Assembly: GCA_965227515.1 (NCBI GenBank)
Contig: CBDDFZ010000002.1
Coordinates: 1,248,001-1,312,000, forward strand
DNA length: 64,000 bases
Reading direction: 5' to 3'
Source: Alphaproteobacteria bacterium
GTDB taxonomy: Bacteria > Pseudomonadota > Alphaproteobacteria > CALKHQ01
In this document: in pieces, positions 1 through 8,648 of the stretch
How the letters are laid out: each line of letters starts with the position of its first letter
How positions within the stretch are numbered: the stretch's first letter is position 1
The notes under the pieces: model-generated
What the model was told of the DNA's origin: nothing
The model's database searches: none
Seen by the model: the letters and a program-made list of their open reading frames with translations, nothing else
Translations under genes and position numbers: made by a program

Positions 1-399
1 CAGCACGCCCTCGCGGAACTCGGTCACCTGCAGGCCGTCGCGCAGCACGATCGCATCCTTGCCGACCAGGTCGATACGGCTGATGTGGCTGTCCAGGTTG
101 ATGCGGATGCACGGCCAATTCAGGCGCGCCGCCACCTGCTCGATATGGGTCGATTTGCCGGTGCCGTGATAGCCCTGGATCATCACCCGGCGGTTGTGGG
201 CGAAGCCGGCCAGGATGGCGAGCGTGGTGTCGTGATCGAAGCAATAGGCTTCGTCCACCGGCGGCACGTGCTCGGTCGGCGTGCTGTAGCCCATGACTTC
301 CATATCGACGTCGATGCCGAATGTCTGGCGGACGTCGATCTTGATGTCGGGTGCGCCCTCGGGCATGGCGGGGGCGTCGTCGACGGTATCCAATGGCAT
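1..399 (-). CDS. cobS: Cobaltochelatase subunit CobS (AAA+ ATPase), 5' part; runs off the window start
   Basis: Not in the ORF track; my translation is MPLDTVDDAPAMPEGAPDIKIDVRQTFGID...NRRVMIQGYHGTGKSTHIEQVAARLNWPCIRINLDSHISRIDLVGKDAIVL, with Walker A and CobS signature. Next to a J-domain gene and bolA, the usual alphaproteobacterial context. Confidence 0.93.
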   Translation of the reverse strand, partial: MPLDTVDDAPAMPEGAPDIKIDVRQTFGIDVDMEVMGYSTPTEHVPPVDEAYCFDHDTTLAILAGFAHNRRVMIQGYHGTGKSTHIEQVAARLNWPCIRINLDSHISRIDLVGKDAIVLRDGLQVTEFREGVL

Positions 400-454
400 G
401 GTTCTTCAATTCCGCAATTTCGGTGGGTCGAGTGCCCTCGACCGGGTTGTCATA

Positions 455-1087
455 TCAAGACGTGAGCGCCGATACCAAGGTCTTTAACGTGGCATAGGCC
501 TGATTGACCGCCTTCAGCCGATCTTCCGCTGCCTTGTCCCCGCCATTGGCATCCGGATGGTGACGTTTTACCAGCCGCTTGTACTGCGCCTTAAGCTCGT
601 CCGCCGTAACCGGTGGGGTGACCTCCATGACCGCCAGCGCCTGTTCGGCTTCGGCGCCGATCTGCCGCCAGCGGGCCCGTTCAATATCCTCCGCGGTGCG
701 GAAGCGGCGCTGCGCACCGCCCGGCATGTCGTCCTCGGCGAACGTCGCATAGAACTTGTTGAACGCTTGGCGCGCCGCGTTGTCGTTCTTCTGGCCGTCC
801 TGACTCATGCGGCCGTCGCCCAGCGGCCATGTCGGGCGCTGCCACGTCGTGTCCTGCCTGATATGGCGCTCGATGGCGGCCTGGTCCATGCCTTCGTAGT
901 AGTTCCAGGCCGCGTTGTAGGCGCGCACATGATCCAGGCAGAACCAGAAATAGTCGCGGAGCTGGTCGCGCGACTTCGGTGCCGGATGCACGCCGTGGTC
1001 GGCACAGCCGGGCATGTCGCAGCCGCGTGGCGGCGGCTGGTCCTCATCGTCGATCCAGAGCGACTGAACTTTGCTGGTTCTGGCCAT
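455..1087 (-). CDS. DnaJ-domain protein (C-terminal J domain, N-terminal Cys/His motif)
   Basis: YKRLVKRHHPDANGGDKAAEDRLKAVNQAY carries the HPD motif; N-terminal CDMPGC...WFCLDHVRAYN is typical of the cobS-linked J protein. Start placed at ATG 1087. Confidence 0.88.
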   Translation of the reverse strand: MARTSKVQSLWIDDEDQPPPRGCDMPGCADHGVHPAPKSRDQLRDYFWFCLDHVRAYNAAWNYYEGMDQAAIERHIRQDTTWQRPTWPLGDGRMSQDGQKNDNAARQAFNKFYATFAEDDMPGGAQRRFRTAEDIERARWRQIGAEAEQALAVMEVTPPVTADELKAQYKRLVKRHHPDANGGDKAAEDRLKAVNQAYATLKTLVSALTS

Positions 1088-1343
1088 TTGTTGCCGAGTA
1101 TGGGGTCGAGGCTGTGGCGTGGCAACCCGGCAGGCCGGCGGCGTATCGCCCGGGCGAGGCGCCTCGCAATGGCTGTCGGCCACCGCGGCCGCCACATCCC
1201 ATGCCTAGCAGGATTGTGTCAACGACGGGTTGTCACATCCCTTCGCGTCATTCCGGCGCAGATGATGGGGCACTATTGTGGACAGGTGCCGGACGCCATA
1301 TCCGGGCACATCCGTTCTCGCCATCGCAGGAGCAGCAGACCCT

Positions 1344-1604
1344 ATGTCCCGCATCGACCGCATTCGCCAGACCCTCGAAGACACATTTCAACCGGAGTCG
1401 CTGCAGGTCGACGACGATTCGCACCTGCATGCCGGCCACGCCGGTGCCAGGCCGGGCGGTGAGACGCACTACCGCGTCGCGATGGTGGCGTCGGCCTTCG
1501 AGGGCATGAGCCGTGTCGACCGGCAGCGCGCCGTGAACAAGGCGCTCGCCGCGGAATTCGCGGATGGCCTGCACGCCCTGCAGCTCAACCTCCGCACTCC
1601 GTGA
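1344..1604 (+). CDS. bolA: BolA family protein
   Basis: DDSHLHAGHAG...GETHYRV...SAFEGMSRVDRQRAV...GLHALQL; AGGAG upstream of ATG 1344. Confidence 0.92.
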   Translation: MSRIDRIRQTLEDTFQPESLQVDDDSHLHAGHAGARPGGETHYRVAMVASAFEGMSRVDRQRAVNKALAAEFADGLHALQLNLRTP

Positions 1605-1630
1605 TACGACTAATGCGAGAAATACAGAAT

Positions 1631-1647
1631 CATTTTGTAACAAAATG
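1631..1647. promoter_or_regulatory. Perfect palindrome CATTTTGT-A-ACAAAATG in an AT-rich intergenic region; candidate operator
   Basis: 8-bp perfect inverted repeat read directly; GGTTACAAT also occurs at 1762 and 1831. Confidence 0.45.
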
Positions 1648-1988
1648 GCAGAATTAATTGTTCTAGGGTTGATCTTGAGGACATTGGTATGTCAGAAATT
1701 ACACTCTTTCGCTCATGGAGTGCAATTTTGGTGCATGCATAGGTATATGTAGCTCGGGGGGGGTTACAATTAATGCTTGGCGATAGAGGCGGCGACTGAA
1801 ACGTCGGTGTTGTCAAGCTGGGGGCTGATTGGTTACAATCGTATACATGATTTTTGAACCAACGACCCAGTAGGTATCGCGAACGGCTGGCGATTCCGAG
1901 CGTACTCGCCGACCGAATGGTCGGTCAAAACACCCTCCTGTCACCAAAATGGGCCCTTTGAGTGAAGACGGATCAAAGGGGGAAAGAC

Positions 1989-2243
1989 GTGGCATTCGAT
2001 TGGGATGATCTGACCTTGGGCTCTACCTTGGTCAGCCGAAATATTACAATTCTAGGTCGGCGTACTAGCATTCGATTAGAGCCATCTATGTGGGATGCTC
2101 TGCGCGAGATCTGCAAACTGGAGGGCGCTTCAATGCACATTATTTGCGAGGAAGTGGAGGCCCGCCGCGGCGAGTTGGGCCGAACGGCTGCCATTCGCGT
2201 TTTCATCGTCAGCTATTTTCGCGCGCTGGTACGCGGCGACTGA
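1989..2243 (+). CDS. Ribbon-helix-helix domain DNA-binding protein (RHH_4 type)
   Basis: STLVSRNITILGRRTSIRLEPSMWDALREIC...TAAIRVFIVSYFR matches the alphaproteobacterial RHH family; GTG start at 1989 follows GGGGGAAAG. Confidence 0.82.
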   Translation: MAFDWDDLTLGSTLVSRNITILGRRTSIRLEPSMWDALREICKLEGASMHIICEEVEARRGELGRTAAIRVFIVSYFRALVRGD

Positions 2244-2283
2244 CGACGCTCCGACGCGTTTCGACAGAAGCGTGGGTAGATAT

Positions 2284-3168
2284 TCAACCGCCGATTGTCG
2301 GAAACGGTCGTCGCAGGTCCATCACGATTTTCTCGTAGTCCGGGCAATTGTCGGCATCCAGGTGCCCGTGCCGGACCAGGAAATCGATGACAACCAGGTT
2401 GCAGTTCCACTTGAAGTCGTCGGTCTGGAGCACGCGCGCCGCGAGTGCCGGGACCGGCCACAGCTCGAACCCCGCCACTTCGCCATCGGTGTTGCGGGGC
2501 ACGAAATCGGCCGGCAGGTCCAGGTCGTAGAGCAGCAGCGTGTCCGCCCTCATGTGACCTTCGGCGTTGGTGCCGCAATAGCTGACATGGCCGACCGGCT
2601 GCGCACGACGCGCCAGGTGCGGCGGTACGTCGGCCTCCTCGCCGGCTTCCTTGATCAGGTTATCGGTAACCGTGGCGTCGGCCGGCTGCCCGCCAGCGAC
2701 GAAATTGTCCAGCTCGCCCGGCGCGACCAGCCGGTCGTCGGCGCGGCGGCCGACCCAGACCCATGGTCCGTCAGGTTTCCGCACATAGCCGTTCACGTGA
2801 ACGCCCCAGGAGCGAATGCCCAGCAACGCCGCCGCGGCGCGGTCGACGGACGCCAACGGGGGCGCGGAAATGCTTGTCGCGATGCGGTAGTGCTCGCCGT
2901 ACAAGGCCTTGATGCGCCCATCCTTGGCCATCGGGTGCAACAGCGCGGCAAGTGCAGCGGTGCGCGCGGCAGGGGTTTCCAAGCCGGGGTGCAGGCGGAG
3001 CGGGCCCTCGGCATCGGCTGGCGCCGGCGCGAACGCGGGGTTGTCATCGGGCAATGCGTCGGCGAAGGCGCGCGGCATCCATCCGACGTGCTCGCCTGCA
3101 ATCGTCCAGGGCCGGTACGCGCTCAGCTCGGCACGGTTACAAAGCTCAATCCAGCGCAGGTAGGACAT
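2284..3168 (-). CDS. NUDIX hydrolase (DUF4743-associated, thiamine pyrophosphokinase-related)
   Basis: GVHVNGYV...WVGRRA...PGELDNFVAGGQPA...NLIKEAGEEADVP (Nudix box)...PRNTDGEVAGF. Confidence 0.85.
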   Translation of the reverse strand: MSYLRWIELCNRAELSAYRPWTIAGEHVGWMPRAFADALPDDNPAFAPAPADAEGPLRLHPGLETPAARTAALAALLHPMAKDGRIKALYGEHYRIATSISAPPLASVDRAAAALLGIRSWGVHVNGYVRKPDGPWVWVGRRADDRLVAPGELDNFVAGGQPADATVTDNLIKEAGEEADVPPHLARRAQPVGHVSYCGTNAEGHMRADTLLLYDLDLPADFVPRNTDGEVAGFELWPVPALAARVLQTDDFKWNCNLVVIDFLVRHGHLDADNCPDYEKIVMDLRRPFPTIGG

Positions 3169-4492
3169 TGGATCCGCCGCCTGTGGCACCTTCCGAGAGC
3201 CGGGCCGGCGCCGGTCCGCCGGTGGCCCAGTCGAGCAACTCCACAGTGTGGACGATCGGCGGGCCGTCCGGATCGCTCAACTGCGCGATGCATCCGATGT
3301 TGCCTGTCGCCACCAGCGGCGCGCCGGTGCGTTCGATGTTCGCCCGCTTGCGATCGCGCAGGCGCCCGGCGATCTCTGGTTGCATGATGTTGTAGGTGCC
3401 CGCCGAGCCGCAACACAGATGGCCCTCGCCGATCTCGCGCACCTGGAAGCCCGCCTCCGCCAGCAGGGCGCGCGGCTGGCTCAGGATGCGCTGGCCATGC
3501 TGCATCGAGCAGGCGGAGTGGTAGGCGACCGCGGTCGCGTGGTCCGCCGACTTGGCGGGCTGCAGGCCGATCTCGGCCATGAACTCGGTGACGTCCTTGG
3601 CGAGCGCACTGACCTCTGCCGCCGCTCCGGCCAGATCCGGGTCGGTGCGGAACATGAAGCCGTAGTCCTTCACCGTCGTCCCGCAGCCGGATGCGTTGAT
3701 GATCACGGCGTCCAGCCCGTCGCCGTCGCGCTCCGCAATCCAAGCGCGGATATTGCGCGCGGCCTGGCGGTGGGCGAGGTCGGACTTGCCCATGTGATGC
3801 ACCAGCGCGCCGCAGCAGCCAGCCTTGTTCGCCACCACGACATCGACGCCATGGCGTGTCAGCAGGCGGACGGTAGCCTCGTTGATCTCCGGCGCCAGCA
3901 CTTGCTGGGCGCAGCCGGTCATCAGCGCGACCCGTGCCCGCCTCGGGCCCTGGGCACGAAATATTTGGGGCCGATCCACCGGGGACGGGGCGGGCAGGCG
4001 CGGCGGCGCCAGCCGCAGCATGGCCCCCATGCGGGCGCCGAACCACCTGCCCACCACACCCGCAAGCGGGCGGGCCAGCGTGGCACCGGCGAGGGCCAGG
4101 CGGAACAGCCCGGGGCGCGGCAGCACGACCGCCAGCAGGCGCCTGAGCGCGCGGTCGTGCCAGGGGCGGCGATACGTCCGCTCGATGTGGTGGCGGGCGT
4201 GGTCGACCAGATGCATGTAGTGCACGCCCGACGGACAGGTGGTCATGCACGCCAGGCACGACAGGCAGCGGTCGACATGGCGGGCGACCTGCGCGTTGGC
4301 CGGACGATCGGCCTCCAGCATCTCCTTGATCAGGTAGATGCGGCCGCGCGGACTATCCAGTTCGTCGCCCAACAGCACGTAGGTCGGGCACGTCGCGGTA
4401 CAGAAGCCGCAGTGCACGCAACTGCGCAGGATGCCATTGGCCTCGGCGATGTCAGGGTCGGCGAGCTGTGCGAGACTGAATTTGGTTTGCAT
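3146..4492 (-). CDS. glcF: Glycolate oxidase iron-sulfur subunit
   Basis: MQTKFSLAQLADP; CVHCGFCTATCPTY and CLSCLACMTTCPSGV ferredoxin motifs; two CCG domains (CCGAL, CCGSAGTYN). Confidence 0.93.
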   Translation of the reverse strand: MQTKFSLAQLADPDIAEANGILRSCVHCGFCTATCPTYVLLGDELDSPRGRIYLIKEMLEADRPANAQVARHVDRCLSCLACMTTCPSGVHYMHLVDHARHHIERTYRRPWHDRALRRLLAVVLPRPGLFRLALAGATLARPLAGVVGRWFGARMGAMLRLAPPRLPAPSPVDRPQIFRAQGPRRARVALMTGCAQQVLAPEINEATVRLLTRHGVDVVVANKAGCCGALVHHMGKSDLAHRQAARNIRAWIAERDGDGLDAVIINASGCGTTVKDYGFMFRTDPDLAGAAAEVSALAKDVTEFMAEIGLQPAKSADHATAVAYHSACSMQHGQRILSQPRALLAEAGFQVREIGEGHLCCGSAGTYNIMQPEIAGRLRDRKRANIERTGAPLVATGNIGCIAQLSDPDGPPIVHTVELLDWATGGPAPARLSEGATGGGSNVLPALD

Positions 4493-4616
4493 GGATGGGC
4501 GGCCGTCTTGCTCAAGCCTCGTTCGGGTCGGGGCGTTGCGCCCAGCCTCGCATCACATTTTTCGGCGACCTGTCCACAGGCACTTGACTCCCTTTGGCCA
4601 CAGGCGCAGCCTTCGA

Positions 4617-5013
4617 TTGATGGATGCGCTGCGGACGGCCACGAGTTGAGCCTCCAGGCTCCACTCCCTGGACGTTTCTAGCACGGGCCACGTGCCCTGC
4701 GCACCATCGCGGAGCCCTACGGCGGGCGCGTCGTTTTCGAGCGACGTTGTGCCCCAGAACATGGAGGGTGTGTAAAAGCATGGAGCCGCCGAAGATACAC
4801 CTGCGGCCCCGCTTGGTCGGGGCCACGGCTTAGGTCCAACAGACGTATCGCGCGAACGTCGGTTGCCAGGCCGCCGACAACACGAAAAATGCGACAACGA
4901 ACGCCGCAGTGGGTTTGTCCCTGGGCGTTCGTCAGAGAATGCCCGACGATCCCGTTGGGCATCGGCCAAAGAGCCATTGAAACCCCGCTCGGCCACAGCG
5001 CCGGCGGGGTTTC
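4617..5013 (+). ncRNA. Candidate unannotated structured ncRNA (~400 nt)
   Basis: About 10 consecutive stem-loops, TTGACT at 4584 upstream, and a terminator-like GAAACCCCGC...GCGGGGTTTC at 4979-5013; no credible ORF. Boundaries and strand are inferred. Confidence 0.5.
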
Positions 5014-5131
5014 TGATTCCGGTTCATCCAAATTTGGCGCGGGTGTGAGGTGGCTAACACGGCCGGCGGCTATCTGGCCCCAAATCCCAGTCATCGCAAC
5101 GGCCAATAAGGCCAATCACTGGGAGCCTACC

Positions 5132-5332
5132 ATGAACAAGATCGCCGCCATCGCCGCCGCCCTGACCTTCACCGCTGCCGCCACCGGCTCGGCGTTTGCC
5201 GACACCGCGACCGACCTGGTCGAGGAGCTGTCGGCCCCGACGACCGAGAGCGCGTCGAAGAACTACATCTGCGAGTACGTCATCGTGTACGACGCCTGGG
5301 GCAACTACTACTACGAGACCGTCTGCTACTAA
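5132..5332 (+). CDS. Small secreted protein (66 aa) with a Tyr-rich, two-cysteine C-terminus
   Basis: GGGAG RBS, host-like GC3-rich codons, Sec signal MNKIAAIAAALTFTAAATGSAFA, own terminator downstream. Confidence 0.8.
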   Translation: MNKIAAIAAALTFTAAATGSAFADTATDLVEELSAPTTESASKNYICEYVIVYDAWGNYYYETVCY

Positions 5333-5361
5333 GCCGGTCTGCATTATCGGAAGGTGCTGAG

Positions 5362-5385
5362 GGCCCGGCCAACGCCGGGCCTTTT
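5362..5385 (+). terminator. Rho-independent terminator of the small secreted protein gene
   Basis: GGCCCGGC-CAAC-GCCGGGCC-TTTT. Confidence 0.75.
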
Positions 5386-5410
5386 GCCATGCATGCCGGT
5401 GTGCGCCGGC

Positions 5411-5439
5411 AAAGAAAAAGCGGGCCCGAAGGCCCGCTT
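5411..5439 (-). terminator. Rho-independent terminator of the sugar ABC operon
   Basis: AAAGAAAAAGCGGGCC-CGAA-GGCCCGCTT on +, giving a hairpin plus U-tract on the minus strand. Confidence 0.8.
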
Positions 5440-5463
5440 CCTCATTCAACAACGATGGCGCGC

Positions 5464-6462
5464 TCAGCCGCCGACGCAAGTGTCGACGTTGTCGGCATCG
5501 CAAATGTCCAGACCCGTGTAGAGCGGATCGGAAGGCATCACCCCGTCCATCATCTGGCGCAGGACGTACATCGAGCGGTAGCCCATCTCCCACGGGCGCT
5601 GGCCGACCAGGCCGTGGGTGTCGCCGGCACGCAGGAAGTCGAGCTGCACCGGCAGGGTATCGGCGATGACCACCGTCAGTTCGCCGGCATCCATCCGCTC
5701 ACGCGCGGTGGAGATGACCTGGGCGAAGGCGTTCGGCGCGAAGTGCGGGAAGCCGCCCGTCGCCACGAAGATGTCCAGGTCCGGGTAGGTCGCGAACACA
5801 TCGGCCATCTGCTGCACCGACAGCGGGAAGTCGTCGTTGGTGTACAGCGGGGAGACCTCGACCTCGGTGAAGCCGTTCTCGCCTTCCAGGCGCGGGCCCG
5901 GGTTCGGCTCGCCCGAAACCTCACCGCGCAGGGTGTCGCGGATACCGGCCATACGCTCGTTGTGGTTGGCCGCCGCCGCACCACCCGACTGGATGACGAT
6001 GGTGCCGCCGTCCGGGTTCATGGCCTTGATCTGCTCGGCCAGGCCGACGCCGATCATGTAGTTGTGGGTGCCCACATAGGCGGCGCGCATGCCGGCGTCT
6101 TCCGGCAGCAGGTCGCTGTCCCAGGTGATGACCGGGATGCCGGCGTCTGCCGCACCCTGCAGCACCCGCGCCATGGCCGGCGCGTTCGACGAGGCGACCG
6201 CGATGCCATCCACGCCCTGGCTGATCAGATCCTGCACGATCTGGAGCTGGTCGGCTTCAGTGTGCTCGGCCGGGCCGATGTAGTAGCACTCGACGTCCGC
6301 CAGCGCTTCGGCGGCCACGAAGCAGCCGTCGCGGGCCTGGTCGAAGAACGGGTTGTTCATCGCCTTTGGCACCAGTGCGAACGTGTAGGTGTCTTGCGCG
6401 CTTGCCGCGAACGGCACGGCCAGGACGGCCGCAGCCGCCGTGGCAAAGAATAGGTTCTTCAT
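5464..6462 (-). CDS. Sugar ABC transporter substrate-binding protein (RbsB-like)
   Basis: Signal peptide; FALVPKAMNNPFF, QGVDGIAV, IPVITWDSD, GLVGQRPWEMG. Confidence 0.9.
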   Translation of the reverse strand: MKNLFFATAAAAVLAVPFAASAQDTYTFALVPKAMNNPFFDQARDGCFVAAEALADVECYYIGPAEHTEADQLQIVQDLISQGVDGIAVASSNAPAMARVLQGAADAGIPVITWDSDLLPEDAGMRAAYVGTHNYMIGVGLAEQIKAMNPDGGTIVIQSGGAAAANHNERMAGIRDTLRGEVSGEPNPGPRLEGENGFTEVEVSPLYTNDDFPLSVQQMADVFATYPDLDIFVATGGFPHFAPNAFAQVISTARERMDAGELTVVIADTLPVQLDFLRAGDTHGLVGQRPWEMGYRSMYVLRQMMDGVMPSDPLYTGLDICDADNVDTCVGG

Positions 6463-6552
6463 GCGTCTTCTCCTCCCCAGGTCTTCATTGGGATCTCAGT
6501 TTTTTGGTCGATGTACGCGGACGACCGTTCGCGCATCGACCGTACAATAGCA

Positions 6553-7653
6553 CTATTTCGGTCGTCGCAGCAGATGGCCGGCGACGTTGCGCAGGTTCGC
6601 GGATGAATCGCGCAGTCGTTCCAGCAGGACCGCCAGGATGATGAAAAGGCCGACGAACCCGAGGTGGAAGTTCGGGTCGATCTTCAGCAGCACCAGCGAG
6701 TTGCGCAGGATCTCCAGCAGCCCGGCGCCGATGAACGCGCCGAACGCGCTGGCGGAGCCGCCCATCAGGTTGGCGCCGCCGATCACGCCGGCCGCAATCA
6801 CTTCCAGCTCGTAGTTCAGGCCGATCGAGTTGTTCAGCGAGCCGGACCAGCCCATCAGCAGGATGCCCGACAGCCCGGCCAGCGAGGAGCACAGCACGTA
6901 GGCGGAGACCTTGATGAACGCCACCGGCACACCGGTCATGCGTGCGGCCTGTTCGTTGCCGCCGACGGCGTAGAGGTGGCGCCCCCAGCGCGTCAGATAG
7001 AGGAAATAGGACAGCAGGAAGGTCAGCACCAGCAACACCAGGAACGGCACCGGGAACGAGGCCAGACCCTCGCCAACCAGCGGCGGCCGGCCCTCGAATT
7101 CCTCGCCCATGATGTACGGCGACGCGATGCCGCCGGTTCCGAGCCAGAACAGGTCGTTTTCGTCAGGGCCGAACTGGTAGATGAGCTGGTTGTTGGTTGC
7201 CGCCATCGCAATGGTGCGACAGATGCTGAGCGTGCCTAGGGTGACAACGAACGGTGGCAGGCGCACGAAGGCGACCAGGCTGCCGTTGAACAGGCCCACC
7301 GCCATCGAGAAGCCAATGCCGACCAGGAACGACACTTCGATGCCGTAACCGCCCTGCATCATCAGGCCAGTGCCCACCGCACCGACGGCCATCACCGAGC
7401 CGACCGACAGATCGATGCCGCCGGTGATGATGACGCAGATCTGGCCAAGCGCGATGATGCCGATGAACGACATGTTCATCAGGCTGTTGCGGATGTTGCG
7501 CCAGCTATCGAAGGCTTCGGTGTCGGTTGCCAGGTAGGCGGCCATGATCGCCACCGCCATCGTCACCCAGAATTCCTGGCTGATCAGGACCTTGCCGGCC
7601 AGCGACTGGCCGCGGTGCCCGGTGACTTCGTCTACGCCGAATGTGCTGCTCAT
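6553..7653 (-). CDS. Sugar ABC transporter permease (RbsC-like)
   Basis: IITGGIDLSVGS, LPPFVVTLG, GRHLYAVGGNEQAARMTG, YELEVIAAGVIGG. Confidence 0.92.
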   Translation of the reverse strand: MSSTFGVDEVTGHRGQSLAGKVLISQEFWVTMAVAIMAAYLATDTEAFDSWRNIRNSLMNMSFIGIIALGQICVIITGGIDLSVGSVMAVGAVGTGLMMQGGYGIEVSFLVGIGFSMAVGLFNGSLVAFVRLPPFVVTLGTLSICRTIAMAATNNQLIYQFGPDENDLFWLGTGGIASPYIMGEEFEGRPPLVGEGLASFPVPFLVLLVLTFLLSYFLYLTRWGRHLYAVGGNEQAARMTGVPVAFIKVSAYVLCSSLAGLSGILLMGWSGSLNNSIGLNYELEVIAAGVIGGANLMGGSASAFGAFIGAGLLEILRNSLVLLKIDPNFHLGFVGLFIILAVLLERLRDSSANLRNVAGHLLRRPK

Positions 7654-7693
7654 GGTGCGGTGGTTTCTTTCGCTCTTATTTTCGCGCTGGGCG

Positions 7694-8437
7694 TCAGGCG
7701 TGCTCGATCGCGCCGGTGATCAGGCCGGTCACTTCTTCAGGCGAACTGTCCTTGATCGGCTTGTCGGCGACCACGCGGCCGCGGCGCATCACCACGATCC
7801 GGTCGCACACCGCGAACACGTCGGGCATGCGGTGGCTGATCAGGATGATGGCAATGCCGCTGTCGCGCAGGCGCTTGATCAGTTCCAGCACCTCGTGCAC
7901 CTGGCGCACGCTGATGGCGGCCGTCGGCTCGTCCATCAGGATCAGCTTGGCGTCGATCAGGCGCGTGCGTGCGATGGCGACCGCCTGGCGCTGGCCGCCG
8001 GACATCCGCTTGACCGGATCGCTGGCCCGGGTCTCCGACTTCAGCTCGTCGAACAGCGCGCGCGAGCGCCGGCGCATCACGCCGTACTTCAGCACCTGGA
8101 TGAACCCGGCCAGCCACTTCCGCTCCTCGCGGGCCAGGAAGACGTTGTCCGAGGCTGTCAGGTTGTCGCACAGCGCCAGGTCCTGATAGACGACCTCGAT
8201 CCCCCGGGCGCGGGATTCCGACGGACGGTGGAAATGAACGACATGGTCTTCCAGCCGCATCTCGCCGCCGTCTGGCGGGAAGTTGCCGGAGATCATCTTC
8301 ACCAATGTGGACTTGCCGGCGCCGTTGTCGCCCATCAGGCCGACGACTTCACCAGGCTCGATGTGGAAATCTACGCCACCCACCGCTTCGATCGCACCGA
8401 AGCGCTTGACGATTCCTGACATCGTCAGAAGCGACAC
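7694..8437 (-). CDS. Sugar ABC transporter ATP-binding protein (single domain)
   Basis: GDNGAGKST Walker A, MSGGQRQ signature, LILMDEPTAA. Confidence 0.92.
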   Translation of the reverse strand: MSLLTMSGIVKRFGAIEAVGGVDFHIEPGEVVGLMGDNGAGKSTLVKMISGNFPPDGGEMRLEDHVVHFHRPSESRARGIEVVYQDLALCDNLTASDNVFLAREERKWLAGFIQVLKYGVMRRRSRALFDELKSETRASDPVKRMSGGQRQAVAIARTRLIDAKLILMDEPTAAISVRQVHEVLELIKRLRDSGIAIILISHRMPDVFAVCDRIVVMRRGRVVADKPIKDSSPEEVTGLITGAIEHA

Positions 8438-8648
8438 TCATCCTCCCCCTGCGGTGTATGTAACGCCGCTATTCTTGTTACTGGCCGTTTGGCGCCCCAA
8501 AGATGCTCACGCGTCCGTGCGAGTCAAGCAAATGGTGCGCGCGGCAGCGCCTGTGGACATGGCCGGTTGCGCGGTTGGGAGCGGGCGGCAATGATGAGCC
8601 GCAACACGTGGCGGGAATGGCCGCCCACCAACGGTCGGGAGCAGCGCG

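Noticed and set aside
4617-5013. Identification as RNase P RNA, tmRNA, 6S, SRP or a known riboswitch
   Set aside because: I did not find their diagnostic motifs on either strand by eye. An Rfam search is still needed.
4512-5115. ORFs 4553..4996, 4512..4826 and 4717..5115 (minus) and 4624..4833 (plus)
   Set aside because: No family motifs, Arg/Pro/Ser-rich composition and no host codon bias; typical GC-rich shadow ORFs.
4889-5131. N-terminal extension of the 147-aa ORF 4889..5332
   Set aside because: It runs through the hairpins and terminator-like stem. The RBS and signal peptide point to ATG 5132.
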